A stretch of 62,949 bases of DNA, the filler included, from Hyphochytrium catenoides (Eukaryota; Protista; Hyphochytriomycota), in the NCBI GenBank assembly GCA_900088475.1. It is 10 parts of 10 records of this genome, joined end to end, with 100 filler letters (N's around TTAATTAATTAA, not from the genome) between each part and the next. Parts side by side here need not be neighbours in the genome. Positions count along the whole stretch, not along the records: positions 21,079 to 42,163 come from FLMG01004128.1; positions 42,264 to 50,049 come from FLMG01001754.1; positions 50,150 to 53,018 come from FLMG01004200.1; 7 more parts are not named here. One strand, given 5' to 3'. The position numbers were made by a program, and so were the translations under genes. Each line of letters starts with the position of its first letter. Position 1 is the stretch's first letter. This document shows positions 39,627 to 50,696 of this stretch, in pieces. The notes beneath the pieces are model-generated. The model did not search any database. It had not been told where the DNA came from and saw only the letters and a program-made list of their open reading frames with translations.

Positions 39627-41220
39627 TTCCTCAAACGAGGAGTTCCAGAAGAGTCATTGGCCTGCCTGAAGAGAGTTTGTTGAGCTCTCTTAGAGACAGT
39701 AGGGACTGATCCGTGGAGCTCCCCGGCTGAGGAGGATAGTGGGAGATGGTAGGCCAGAGAAAGAGAGAAGAGACAGAAGGTGATATCTCAGTAGAAATAG
39801 AACTTCGCAGTTGTACCATTAGTATCTAAATAGTACTTTAGCAGGAAGGAGGCAGCCTGGGTGAAGACCATCATGCGCGGACTCATCCTCACTCACGTAT
39901 ATAGTGTATCATCTGGATAGCCGACTATAAATATCTTGAACGAGCGGTTTCCTACTACTATCGTACTGTTAAAGCTACATAATGGAGGACAGAGTGCTCT
40001 CCAGTAAGGGAGAGTCATCTTGAGGATGAGGAAAGTGTACGTGGTCCCGGATGAGATAAAGCGTCTGACAGACCACGAATGCAAACGGGGAGCAGAGAGC
40101 TCTTCCCTTCAAGACTTTGACCCAGGACATCACGTTCATACATTTGCGTGTTAGAAGTGCCACTACTATCTCGCCTTCTGAGGTTAGACACAGAAGGACA
40201 CCGACAAAGACAGCTACTGTTGCTGATTGAGAAAGCTGGAATCAACAACGTTCAGCAGCTAGATCTTCCAGAGGCTAATCACCTCCGGGCCCCTTGAGGA
40301 ACAGCGGCTGCAAAGAATCTTCGCCTTCCCACACTTTGATGATGGAAAGCAAGCAAGGACAGAGACACAGTGAAAGAGTGACGTCAAATGAAGGGGCGGG
40401 GAATATGGGGCCCAACAGCGATTCTGGAGGACAGACCATCACCTCGAGCTCATAAAGACACCTGCTTTCACTCAATGCCCGGCGCACTCAAGCTCTCCGA
40501 CTCCTTTTGAATCTATTATCTTCTGTTGCAGGGTGCAGGCCGACTCCGCTTACCAGGAAGAGACAGACCAAACATGACACCACATAGAAGCCAGGCGCTA
40601 TGCCTCACGGATCTGGCATTATGAGCGTATAGACAGAGAGGAAGGAAGAAACACTTACATGGAGGAGGGGATAGAGAGATTATAACAGTAGAGAGGGAAT
40701 GAGTTGGGCGACGATTGAGAGGCTCTGCAAGCCAGTTGACGAGAGAGGGAGAGAGATAACCCAGCCTTTGTACAATGAAGCATGACGAGATCTGAAGGAG
40801 ATGGAAACTCTTTGGGGACAAGCAAGAGAAGCGCGGTAGCGGACAAAGAAAAGAGTGAACATTTCTATGTTTAGCTGAGTTTGTCGTCTGCTGTCATTCC
40901 AGCGCTAGATTTAAATATAAAGGGAGATGTGCTCTTGGCAGCAGGAGAAGGAAGAGCATTCTCCCTCTGTTCTAACCGTTTGACCTAACTATTGAGCCTT
41001 CATCATAAGCGGCAAGAGAAACGAAAATGAGAAAGAGAGAGATATCTCTTCTTCGACAGACGGTCCTACCTCCAGCCATCTGTGTTTCTAAGTCCACCTC
41101 CATCTCAAAAGGGAGCTTTATCGTCCATGAGGTAAGTTGTTGAAGGGCCCTAGTTACTGAACAAGAGCTTTAGCTCTCTCTTTTCTTCTTTATTTCTTAG
41201 CAGGCTGGGCTCTTTCGAAG

Positions 41221-41718
41221 CTATCGGAAGCCGCGAAGAGAGGATGAAGAAGCTGCCCGAGAGGACGGCTTTCTTCTGCTGGACTCTCGTGTTCTCGCGG
41301 ACTGCGAGCTTTCTCGGTCTGCTCTGCTCGTTTGGCCCGTTGTGGATCTCGCGTGCGATGAAGATGAGGACGCGGAGGAAGAGGGTCTAGCTCTCTCTCT
41401 CTTGTCCTTCTTCTCTTTCTGCTGCTCAGGTATTGGTGCTGAGGTGGGTTGGACCGAAGGAACTATCACCTCTCTGATTGAGACTTTCTCAAAGTTTCCT
41501 GAAAGTGGAGAGAGGAACTTGCTTCCCTGCCGGCGGTCCTTCTCTACGCCAAACGAGGAGGAGGAAACAGGAGGTGGCGTGATGTCTGCAAGTGCTTTCC
41601 TATCAGGATCCTTAGCTCTTCTCTTTGGCGTCACTTGGCCTGTGAAAGGATCGACGTTCTCTTTCTCTTCATAATCGGCAGGGAAGCGCCTGGAGTGCAG
41701 CTCTTTGATGTTCTCCAT
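41221..41718 (-). CDS. Small disordered KEN-box/D-box protein (putative APC/C substrate or inhibitor)
   Basis: 165 aa ATG..TAG with KENVDP (aa 19-24), CDK site TPKR, D-box RKALADIT (aa 40-47) and C-terminal LRGFR. Confidence 0.7.
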   Translation of the reverse strand: MENIKELHSRRFPADYEEKENVDPFTGQVTPKRRAKDPDRKALADITPPPVSSSSFGVEKDRRQGSKFLSPLSGNFEKVSIREVIVPSVQPTSAPIPEQQKEKKDKRERARPSSSASSSSSHARSTTGQTSRADRESSQSARTRESSRRKPSSRAASSSSLRGFR

Positions 41719-41923
41719 CTTCGTTCGTCAATGCGATGTCTCTGATTTCTCTTTCTTTTCCAACGTAGCGGATGGCCCTTAGTGGTGGGAACAGAGATAG
41801 GTTATGCTTCTTCTTTTCTCTCTCTCTCTCTCTCTCTTCAATGTCTTCGTAGCCAATGGGCTGCTAAGTGAGGAGCAAGTGCGGAGATATTTTGTCTAGA
41901 GAAAGGAAGGCGCAATAGAAAGC

Positions 41924-42093
41924 TTCAAAAGTCTCTGGCAGAGGAGAGAAAGGGTTGTGACGTCCGCTAAGGTCGGGCTCCAGAGAGAGAAGAGAGAGAT
42001 GAGTGAGGGGAAAAAGAGAAGAGAGAAGTCTGTGCAAGGCATGATTTGGAGTTTGAAGTCTCGCGGTTCGCGCCATGGGAGGGATCATTTGAA
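41924..42093. promoter_or_regulatory. CHR-like and E2F-like motifs upstream of the KEN/D-box gene
   Basis: TTCAAA 41924-41929, TTTGAA 42052-42057 and 42088-42093, TTCGCGCC 42067-42074. Confidence 0.4.
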
Positions 42094-42849
42094 GGACAGC
42101 AGAAACCAATAGAGAGAAAGAGAGAGAGAAAGAGAAAGAAAAAGAAAGAGAGAAAGAGAGAGANNNNNNNNNNNNNNNNNNNNNNNNNNNNNNNNNNNNN
42201 NNNNNNNTTAATTAATTAANNNNNNNNNNNNNNNNNNNNNNNNNNNNNNNNNNNNNNNNNNNNACTAGTAGCTCTTGTCTATTCTTCTTCTCCTATGAGA
42301 GAAGACAAATGAAAAAAAAAAAAAGGAAAAACCGACTAGTAGCAGTTGGAAAGAAAGAATCAGAGAGTTGTCGTTCTTTTCAAGCGAACGTTGAGAAGAG
42401 ACGCTCACTTTTAAAGGAAGGAAACGGGGATAATGAGTAGAAGGAAGACAGTTCCGACAGGGAAGCACTAGTTCTACATAGTAAGTCCCTACATGTTCAT
42501 GAGATAGTCTCTAGTACCAAGAGAGGGACAAATCATAAAGTAAGAGACAGTGCAGAATGAGGACAGGACAGAGGGCCGGAGTAAGGGAACCTTGTGGAAC
42601 TACCAGACTACGCTCAACCCTGAAGTGCCGAGTGCCTTTTAACATTTAGTTCTACTTTTCTATCATCAAAGGCTGCCGGCGCTCACCCGAGTCATAAGTA
42701 GGACAAAGAAGAGTCTCTTGGGCTGGCAGCCCTTTCTCAACTACTAATAACAGAGTCCGTCGCATCGAGAGGCCTGTCCCTTATTAGTAGATGATGGTTG
42801 GAGGCGATCCGTTACGATGGTAAAAAACAATTGATGGGAGAGAGGAAAT

Positions 42850-43400
42850 TGTCGAAGTTGTGAAGAAGGAAGTAGTTTGGGAGTCGTTTGGGGGAACTAT
42901 GCCAGGGCGTCACTGACAGTGTAGGACATCTGGTGAAGCTTCACTGTGACCGCTCTGCTCTTGAACATGCTTTTCCGCATCTTGGCCGTTGGTCCCGTTT
43001 GGCCATGGTCTTACGCCTTCACACGAGGATCTCTATTTCGATTCATGAAGAAAATGCGCTTCAGATTTTGAACCGTATTCCTCTCGAACAGCTGGACCCT
43101 TCTCTTGCTTGGTCGAGCTTGATGGTGATGACATTGTGGTTGGTGGTTCACCTCCTCCTCCTTCTTCTCCCCCCTAATTTGACTGAGGAGATCAACTATG
43201 ATTCTTCCTTTGCTGTTGATGAGCATGGAGGAGATCGAGCTGAGGCCGTGACCAAGGAGCCATTATAGCTTTTCGCGTCTCGTCTCTTCTTTTTCTTCCT
43301 CTTCTTCTTCTCCCTCTTCTTCTTCTTCTCCTTCTTCTTTCTCTTCTTCTTCTTCTTTTACTCCTTCCGAGATAAAGCTCTAGCAAGAGGAACATAATAG
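42850..43400 (+). mobile_element. CRE-like non-LTR 3' remnant
   Basis: VVWESFGG and LHTRISISIHEENALQILNR resemble an RLE C-terminus. The tail at 43225-43300 is the reverse complement of ~44370-44420. Confidence 0.6.
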
Positions 43401-43559
43401 TAAAAATATTAGACGGAATAATAAATGGTGCGATCGCTTATCATGGCCAGAGAACCAGAGTGTTGGGAAGAACACGATGAGCTCGAGGGCCCGCAGGAGT
43501 TGATAGGCAGTGAAGGTCCAACTGGCGTCCCAAACGCGATTTGGGGCACTATGATAAGA

Positions 43560-44260
43560 ATAAATCTGGGGCGTGGGGCAGTGGGCAGCTCTTTATTCAG
43601 GGGAATATCAAGGTGGTAATAATCACGCTAAAAGGAAGAGAGCCACACGAGCGGTACGATCACACTTAACGAAGCTTGACCAGCTGTTGCACAGAGTCCA
43701 GGACATGCGGCATAGCACCACCAGCAAAAAGACTTCCAGACGAGCGGCACAAACTTTAGCCCCAGAACCTGGCAGAGACCCTCATATTTTCTCATCTTCG
43801 CTTTCTCAAACACAAAAACGACCTTGATAGCCGGCATGGAGTGCTGCACAGGAAAGGGTTCTGGATTGCAGCGAATCCGTGACGGACACATCAAAGGCCG
43901 AGTAGCTGATAGGAAGGCGAGAATCCACCAACCGGCAAATCCCCAGGCTTCTGATTGGCGCTCCAAGTAGGTGGCGAGGTTCGCTGGTGGAGACTTTTGA
44001 GACCAGCGTCCCGAAAGGCATGAATGAGAAGGTCTTGAAGACGGCGGTGGGGTTGATGAGCGCCACCGCCACCATGGCAGACTATGCCATGATTGCCAAA
44101 GGCATTTATTGGACGTGCACAAGAAGAGAGGTAAGAGGATGGAGTGCACGCGAGAGGGATACCTAGCAATCGCAACAACATCAGCCGGAACACCGATGGA
44201 GAAGAAACGTTCAACTGCAACCAGGCAACAGGGCCTGCCCGAAGGAAAGCCCCTGCGTTC
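43560..44260 (-). mobile_element. CRE-like non-LTR remnant (zinc knuckle + restriction-like endonuclease)
   Basis: Frameshifted FRLML..LG.P, C..FGNHGIVC.GGG, EP.HL, KPGD, AFDVSVTD and K.RKY..C..FVPLV. Confidence 0.75.
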
Positions 44261-44329
44261 GTTTACAGCTACTACTCAAAAGAAGAAGAGGGGGAAAGGA
44301 GAAGAAAAAGGAGAAGAAAAGGAGAAGAA

Positions 44330-46470
44330 GAAGATGAAGGAAAAGATAAAGCAAGAAGAGGAAAAAAAGAAGAGACAAGAAAAGCTAAAAACGCCTTGGT
44401 CTCGTCCTCAGCTCGATCTGCTTCAGACTTTTTTCATAAGAGACAATAGCTACTACTATTATAAGAAGAATACTACTAAGACGAAGTAAAGAAGAAGAAG
44501 AAGGAGAACAGAAAGAAGAAGAATTGTCTTCTTTGAGTAGATATGAGGAAATGTACTACGAACAAGAAGAGGAACAAGAGAGGAAAGTCATGGGCCAAAA
44601 AGAGAAAAAAGAGGAACGAAGCATCAGGGGAGCCTCAATCACCTGGCCCACTAAGGGCGACTGGGGGAATCGACAGGAGCGGAGCTGCGGGGACACCGAA
44701 GAGGAAGCGGTGGGAGATCATCTTCCTCATCAATCATACGAGAGAGAGTATATATTCTTGATTCTCCTCTTGAACGCCAACAGGAGGAGTTATAGAAACC
44801 GGTGCGGCCGTAGCTTGAGGAGGAGAAGGAGGAGATAGAAGAAAGAAAAAAGTAGAAGAGAGCGGAGAAGAGTGGAAAGCAACAGCGAGAAAGGCGTAAA
44901 AGGGGCCAACCAAACAACCATCATGCTGGCCGCCTCCCCGTGGAGAGCCAAGGGCACTCGCCCGATCAAACGATGCCCAAAGTAGTGCACATGCTCAGCT
45001 GCGACCTTTCGACGTTAACAAAGCCCGCCATAGTGTCGACCCTCCACCAAAAGACTCTCAACAAACCAAAGGAAGGAGGTCGATCCGATGAGCATTGCGA
45101 GCCGCCAGATACTTGTGGCGCTTCCGGTCGTCAACCGCACCCCTTTGATATCCGGACTGATCCGCTGCATATCGAGGGATACTTTTTTTGCAGAGGATGG
45201 GTGACGAAGATAACGAACGCTGTGACTGGGAATCGGTGGCCATATCCAAGGACCGCCCCGTCCCCAGGGCGGGAGAAGGAGAACGAGAGAGCAGATGAAG
45301 GAACTCACGAGACAACAGCGTCCGACCTCCGATACTGCAGAACACAAGAGAGAAAACCCGACTATCGCAGCGAGAGGCACCACCACCTGTGCGACAGACC
45401 ACTGCATGGTCGCCACAGATATCCACTTCAGGTTTCCGACAACTCTCGCACCGAAGGGGCCTGAAGGGAGAAAAGGCCAAGATAGCGCAAAGCATAGCCC
45501 GAAGTGAACAGGAGATGGGCCTGGCCTTATGCATCAGCGCCTCACAGGGAAGAGTTGCAAGGAAAGCTCCAGCATGAGAGAGAGAAACAGAACGAAGACG
45601 AGCTTTGAGAAAAAAGAGACGGATGAGAGGAAAGAAGGCGATGGGCGCGCCGCCAGAGACGGGAGAAAACCTTCGGTGTAAGTTCTCGGCGCTAGCAAGC
45701 TCAAGTGGCGCTCCTCCGACTTCTGGCAAGCCCAGATCATCATAGAAGGAAGGAAGAGAGCACTCCTCAATAGCGGGGGGTGGGCTGGAAAGAGAATGGG
45801 AGGAAAGGCCCAAGAGTGCTGACACAAGCTCGTAATAGGAAGCGATAGAGAAGTATAAAAAGCAGGACGAGAGGTAGGTAACAGTAGCTGGGAGCATAGC
45901 CAGACCGCCAAGCTTGATAGGGAGAGAAGCCTGATTTATACGTGCAGAGTCAGGAAAGGGCACCGAAGAGTCCCAACCTACCAGACGACTTAGAAACTGT
46001 CTCGCCCTCAAGACAAAGTCCGAAAGCTCATCCTCAAGGAGAGCTCGGGGCGCTTGCTGAGAAGAGGCTAGTCTTTACCACACTTAGGGAGCTTCTAAAT
46101 AAAGCAACAAGACGAACTGTAAGGTCTTCAACCTGAATCAGATAGAAGCGAGTAAATGGAAAGGAGGCGAGCTAACGAAGATGACAACAAGAAAAAGAGA
46201 CAAAAACAGGCGAGCCTATACGGGCCCCCAGGAGTTCAACACCCTTGGGAGAAGAGACGCGTTGGCCAAGGCAGGAAATCCTTTTTTAGAAAAAGAACGA
46301 AGAAGACCCGAAGGCTACCACCATAACTAGCACTTCTTCCCTAGGAGGTTAACGGACGGAGAGACCGACCGACGGGCAGAGATCATTTATGACTGACTAG
46401 GCTCTGAAGTATAGAGCTCCGACGGCGGCCTATCAAGGTATTATCATTGAGATAACAGGTGTGTAAAAGG
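44330..46470 (-). mobile_element. CRE-like non-LTR retrotransposon, 5'-truncated and degenerate
   Basis: YLNDNTLIG (decayed RT YLDD, ~46435-46460), GVELLGARIGS, QASLPIKLGGL, R..S....AGAFL, CESC..D..GDHAVVC.TGG, a terminal GRVPLALHGEAA, then a pyrimidine-rich 3' tail. Confidence 0.8.
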
Positions 46471-47731
46471 AGGACAGGAACAACGATTACTCCTCCTTCC
46501 GCAGGTTGAGAATCAAGGGCTGCTGGAGGAGGAGGGCGAGAGAAGAGAGTTACGGGATGGGGCCGCTGCTAGCTGCTGGCTGGCAGGCAGGGCAACTTCC
46601 GCTGCTGCCACCTGTGCGATGGCTGTTCTCGTTCACTAGTAAATAGGGCGGCAACAACCGGCGATGAGGAGGCGGCATCATCGGCTACAGCGGACTACCA
46701 CATGCTTAGGCATCTCCTTTCGTACTCGTCTATCTACTTCCAGAAGACTAAAGTAGTAGTCGTTTCTTTTCTATAACAACAGCTATCGGAGTCAAGCAAC
46801 CCCAAACAAAACCACCTTGGTTTCGAGGACAATTGTCAGACACCTCATCACGAACGATTAGGATGAGGGAGGGAGGCGGAGATGATAGTATATGAAGAAA
46901 AGAGAAGAATCCATAATTCTCTGGGCATCTCCTCCTGTTTCTTGCATCGTTCTTCTTCGATTGCCGCTGCCCTTTTTGTTCCTCCTTTGAGAGGAGGGGA
47001 AATGAAAAGAATAAAGTCCGCTTGGCCCCTCTTCTTCCCGTTCCATGAATCGTTCTTCTTCCTCCTTCTTCCACCGCCTGTCTCCTTTGATCCTCCGTCG
47101 CGGATCACTATGTACTGAAGGACAGGAGAGCTGCTGCTGCTGCAACTAATAGCGGATGACACAGAGGGGCCGCCGTCAATGTATAGTAGGAACAGCCAAT
47201 CTGCTGCCGCTTTTGCTTGCCCCCCGAATGAACCCACGCTGTGACTGGAACGAGAACTGTATCTATTAATCCGCCGCTTTCTACCTACTAGGTTAGTAGC
47301 CGCCTTGCAGCAAATCCGCAAGAAGAACCTACACGACCAAGAAGCAGGACTGCAGATGAATAGGCCTCTGATTGTTTCCTCGCTCCTATCAGTCTTAGCG
47401 AGCTCGCGCTGTCTTCCCTACTCTGTTCTTTTTCGTCTTTTTACAATTTTGCTGCCAGCAGTAGTGCCGCTACTCTCTGCGTGACGCTCGTCAGTCTCCT
47501 ACAGACACCACCAGGTATAACCACCTCCTTGGGACGGTGAAGATTCATAGTGGACAGTGGAGCTCAATCTTGCTAACTATCGCATGGTCGTCCTCGCTCC
47601 TTCTGCTGCCACTCACCTTCTTCTTCTGCTGCCATTCACCTCCTTCTCTCCTACATATTACCATCTCTTTTCTCAAGCTCGTTTCTCACCCCAGTTCACT
47701 CCTCCGTCCTTCTGCAGCATCGCAACCTAAG

Positions 47732-48172
47732 ATGAAAGTTACTTCCGGTAAAGCAATTATAAGCATCGACGGGAGCAAGACGATTGCGATTCCGCCCGAG
47801 GTGCTATCACGATGCGAGAGGGCCATTAACACGCCAGTTGTTCGCATGTATCGACCTGGGCGAGCTGTCCTACAGTTGACTCTAATGCAGAAAGGCTGCA
47901 GACCCGCGGGAGACACGATAGACCTGCGCATAGTAGATGAACCTCGCATCCAAGTTGATGGGAAGGAGTACCCACATTTCCAAAGATTCGCTGAGGAATT
48001 TGGAGTCTTTAGCCGACATGGAGGCGACTTCGGATGGGAAGGGATCAGTGTAGTGGGCCTTCATATGGTCGTCGAAGGGCTCAGTGGATGGGCAACGAAA
48101 AACGTGACCCACCTCAACGGGCCTTTGGAGGTACTTCTGAGATGGCGGCAGCAGCAGAAGACCTGGCAATGA
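47732..48172 (+). CDS. Hypothetical 146-aa protein, possible RAMA-like domain
   Basis: Non-repetitive ORF containing IQVDGKEYPHFQRFAEEFG..GWEGI. It may instead be a terminal exon (CAG acceptor at ~47717). Confidence 0.5.
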   Translation: MKVTSGKAIISIDGSKTIAIPPEVLSRCERAINTPVVRMYRPGRAVLQLTLMQKGCRPAGDTIDLRIVDEPRIQVDGKEYPHFQRFAEEFGVFSRHGGDFGWEGISVVGLHMVVEGLSGWATKNVTHLNGPLEVLLRWRQQQKTWQ

Positions 48173-48563
48173 CGACGACAAAATTGAGGCAGCTATGGTG
48201 AAAACGGTATGGATTCAGACCTCATACGGAAAGTTCATGTGAGAGGGGAAAGCGGTTGGTCAATAGAGAAAAAAGAACTAGAATGAGGACAAAGAAGAAG
48301 TCGTCTATTTGTATGAGCAGTTGGCGGGCAAAGCACCGGCGTGCAGCGGGCCTCCTAAGAGGCCATAAGGGACCCATTCGGTCCCTGGTCCTAATGCTAA
48401 GTAGTACCGTGAGCCTTTATAACAGCAAGAAGGTGGGCCTTCTCCCGACCTTATTCTGGTCTTCTCCTCCCCTACGAAGCCGTCCTCTCTCCCCCCGCCG
48501 TCTCGTCCTATGCTCCTGTCCTTTCTCTCTCTTCCGCTTTCTTCCTTGCTTATGTGGTCTATC

Positions 48564-49390
48564 TGTAAGGGATGCTTGGGGTTCAAGTGGAACGTTTATA
48601 AATGACCCATGATATGATAGAGTGGCCAACTAGTTATGAGGACAATTCAGAAGGCGTTCCTTACACTCTTTCCCTTCCTAAGTAGACCTCCTCCTTCTGG
48701 AGGGGCCCGAGGCAGCAAGGTCGTCCCTGTAGTGCGCCCAGAAATCCTCAAGACTTCATCCACACATGTGAGCGTAGTTTCAGGTTCCCAAGACGCGCCA
48801 CGGTCAGGATAGCCTTTCCATCTAACCAAGTACTGTCGGCGGCGTATATGCAAACGATCGTCGAGGATTCTTTCCATTTCGTATTATTCATGGCCATCAA
48901 TGATGTCAGGTGGTGGTGGGGTAGGTTCTTGCCGGTGGTCCGTTGGCGGGAACTACTGTTTCAGCTGAGAGACATGAAAGACGGGGTGTGAGCGCCGGTA
49001 GGTTGGGGGTAGGAGAGTCGATGTGCCGTAGGAGAGATGACACGTTCGACCGGAAACGGCCCTAGGAACACTGCTCCCACGCGGTCCCAACTTCCTTGTC
49101 GGTCTGGCTTTTTCATAATGGAAGCTAATGCTATGGTTTTCACTAATACCAAGTCGCGTGGCCTGAAGAGACCCTCCCTACGACGCTTGTTAGCTTGAAT
49201 GGCTTGGTCTTGCTGAGCTTTACGTAGTTTGTCCTGTGCACGGTTAGGAGATACATCTAGGGACGAGGAGGTCCAGTGGTACCCGAGGTTTTTGCCCTGT
49301 GTCAAGTTCGAAAGGAGAGAATCCTGTCGAGCTCTGGGTAGCGTTGTTAATAGCAAATTCAGCTGCTGTCAGTAGATCTTCCCATCGCCT
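48564..49390 (-). mobile_element. Ty3/Gypsy chromovirus 3' end: integrase C-terminus, chromodomain, PPT and short LTR
   Basis: W..L..AEFAINNATQSSTGFSPFEL, GPF.V, HPVFHVSQL, chromodomain YEMERIL..QYLVRWKGY..SWEP and purine tract AGGAAGGGAAAGAG, then TGTAAGG...CCTTACA (48665-48564). Confidence 0.9.
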
Positions 49391-49642
49391 TGACCCTGAC
49401 CCTCTCTCTCGTTGTGTCTCTGTCTGTCTATCTCTCTTTCTCGCTCTTTTCTTTTCCTTTCCTTGCCTCCCATTTCTTCTATCGATCTTTCGTCTCTTCC
49501 TCACTGCCTCCATTTCGCTTCTACACTCCTTAAATTTGTCTAGTTCTATCTACCCTGTATTGAGAGCCTGTAATATGAAACCATCGCTTTCCGCCCTCAC
49601 CAGCTCTCACCATGTGCCTCTCTTTTTTAGGATGCCTCTCAG

Positions 49643-49681
<39 letters not shown>

Positions 49682-50149
49682 GGGCTTGTTGGTGTCCTTT
49701 CAGTGCACTCCACCCCTCATTCTTCTTTCATTTGCTCCCTCTTAATCATCTTGCGCTCCTGGTAATCTCTTGTCGTTGCCTCTAGGTTCAATCTCCCTTA
49801 ATGTCTCTATCGCTTTGGGGCTGATAAGTAATCTGTATGCTGTTTGTTGCGAGAGTGAGCGTCACGACTATGTGATAGTGGTAGGAGTTATGGTGCTGAA
49901 CTTATTGCAGCATCACAACTTTAGCTAACCTGTCCCCCCCGCCTTGCAAAGCTTCTACTCTGAGACACCTCTTCTTCTGCTTTGATTTTTCACCTGTTTC
50001 CTTTTCTCCCCCGCTCTCGCTCTCTCTCTCACTCTCTCTCTCTCTCTCTNNNNNNNNNNNNNNNNNNNNNNNNNNNNNNNNNNNNNNNNNNNNTTAATTA
50101 ATTAANNNNNNNNNNNNNNNNNNNNNNNNNNNNNNNNNNNNNNNNNNNN

Positions 50150-50197
50150 CTCTGTTAGCGCGCCGGTTGGTACGTCGTGACCGGACTGCTCTCAACA
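50150..50197. mobile_element. LTR terminus at contig start, same family as the 51901-52554 solo LTR
   Basis: 48 nt identical to 52507-52554, ending in CTCAACA. Confidence 0.85.
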
Positions 50198-50696
50198 CAC
50201 TACGCAATGAATTACTGATTTGGATGTAAAACAGTTCCTGATACATCAATATTCAGTCCAAGTTCACGTCCGTTATTATACTGTACAATTGTAATAAACG
50301 AAAAAAGCTTGGAGCTTGTTTGGGAACGCCATGCGTTGCTTGTTGCTTCTTGCAGCTAATGACGGAAGAGACGTGTGACAGCTTCTTCCATATCATTCTT
50401 CCTGCCTGTTTATTCTATCATCACCTTCTATTAGAGAAAGGAGAAGGCAGAAGAAGACGAAGGTGGTGAGGAGGGGAGATTGCAAACAGTAGCACAAAAG
50501 TGAAGAAGGAGAAGAGCGAGAAAAACGTCCAAGGAGCTATGGCACAAAAAATAAGAACTTATAGAGGGCTGCAGTGCGTTGCTTGTTGTTGCGTGTGGCC
50601 GAGGATGACAGAAGAAGTCGTGTGAGAGTTTCTTCAAGTTCAACTGTGTGTTTATTGTACGTGCTCACGTAGGAGGACGAGGCACAAGGCCTAATA

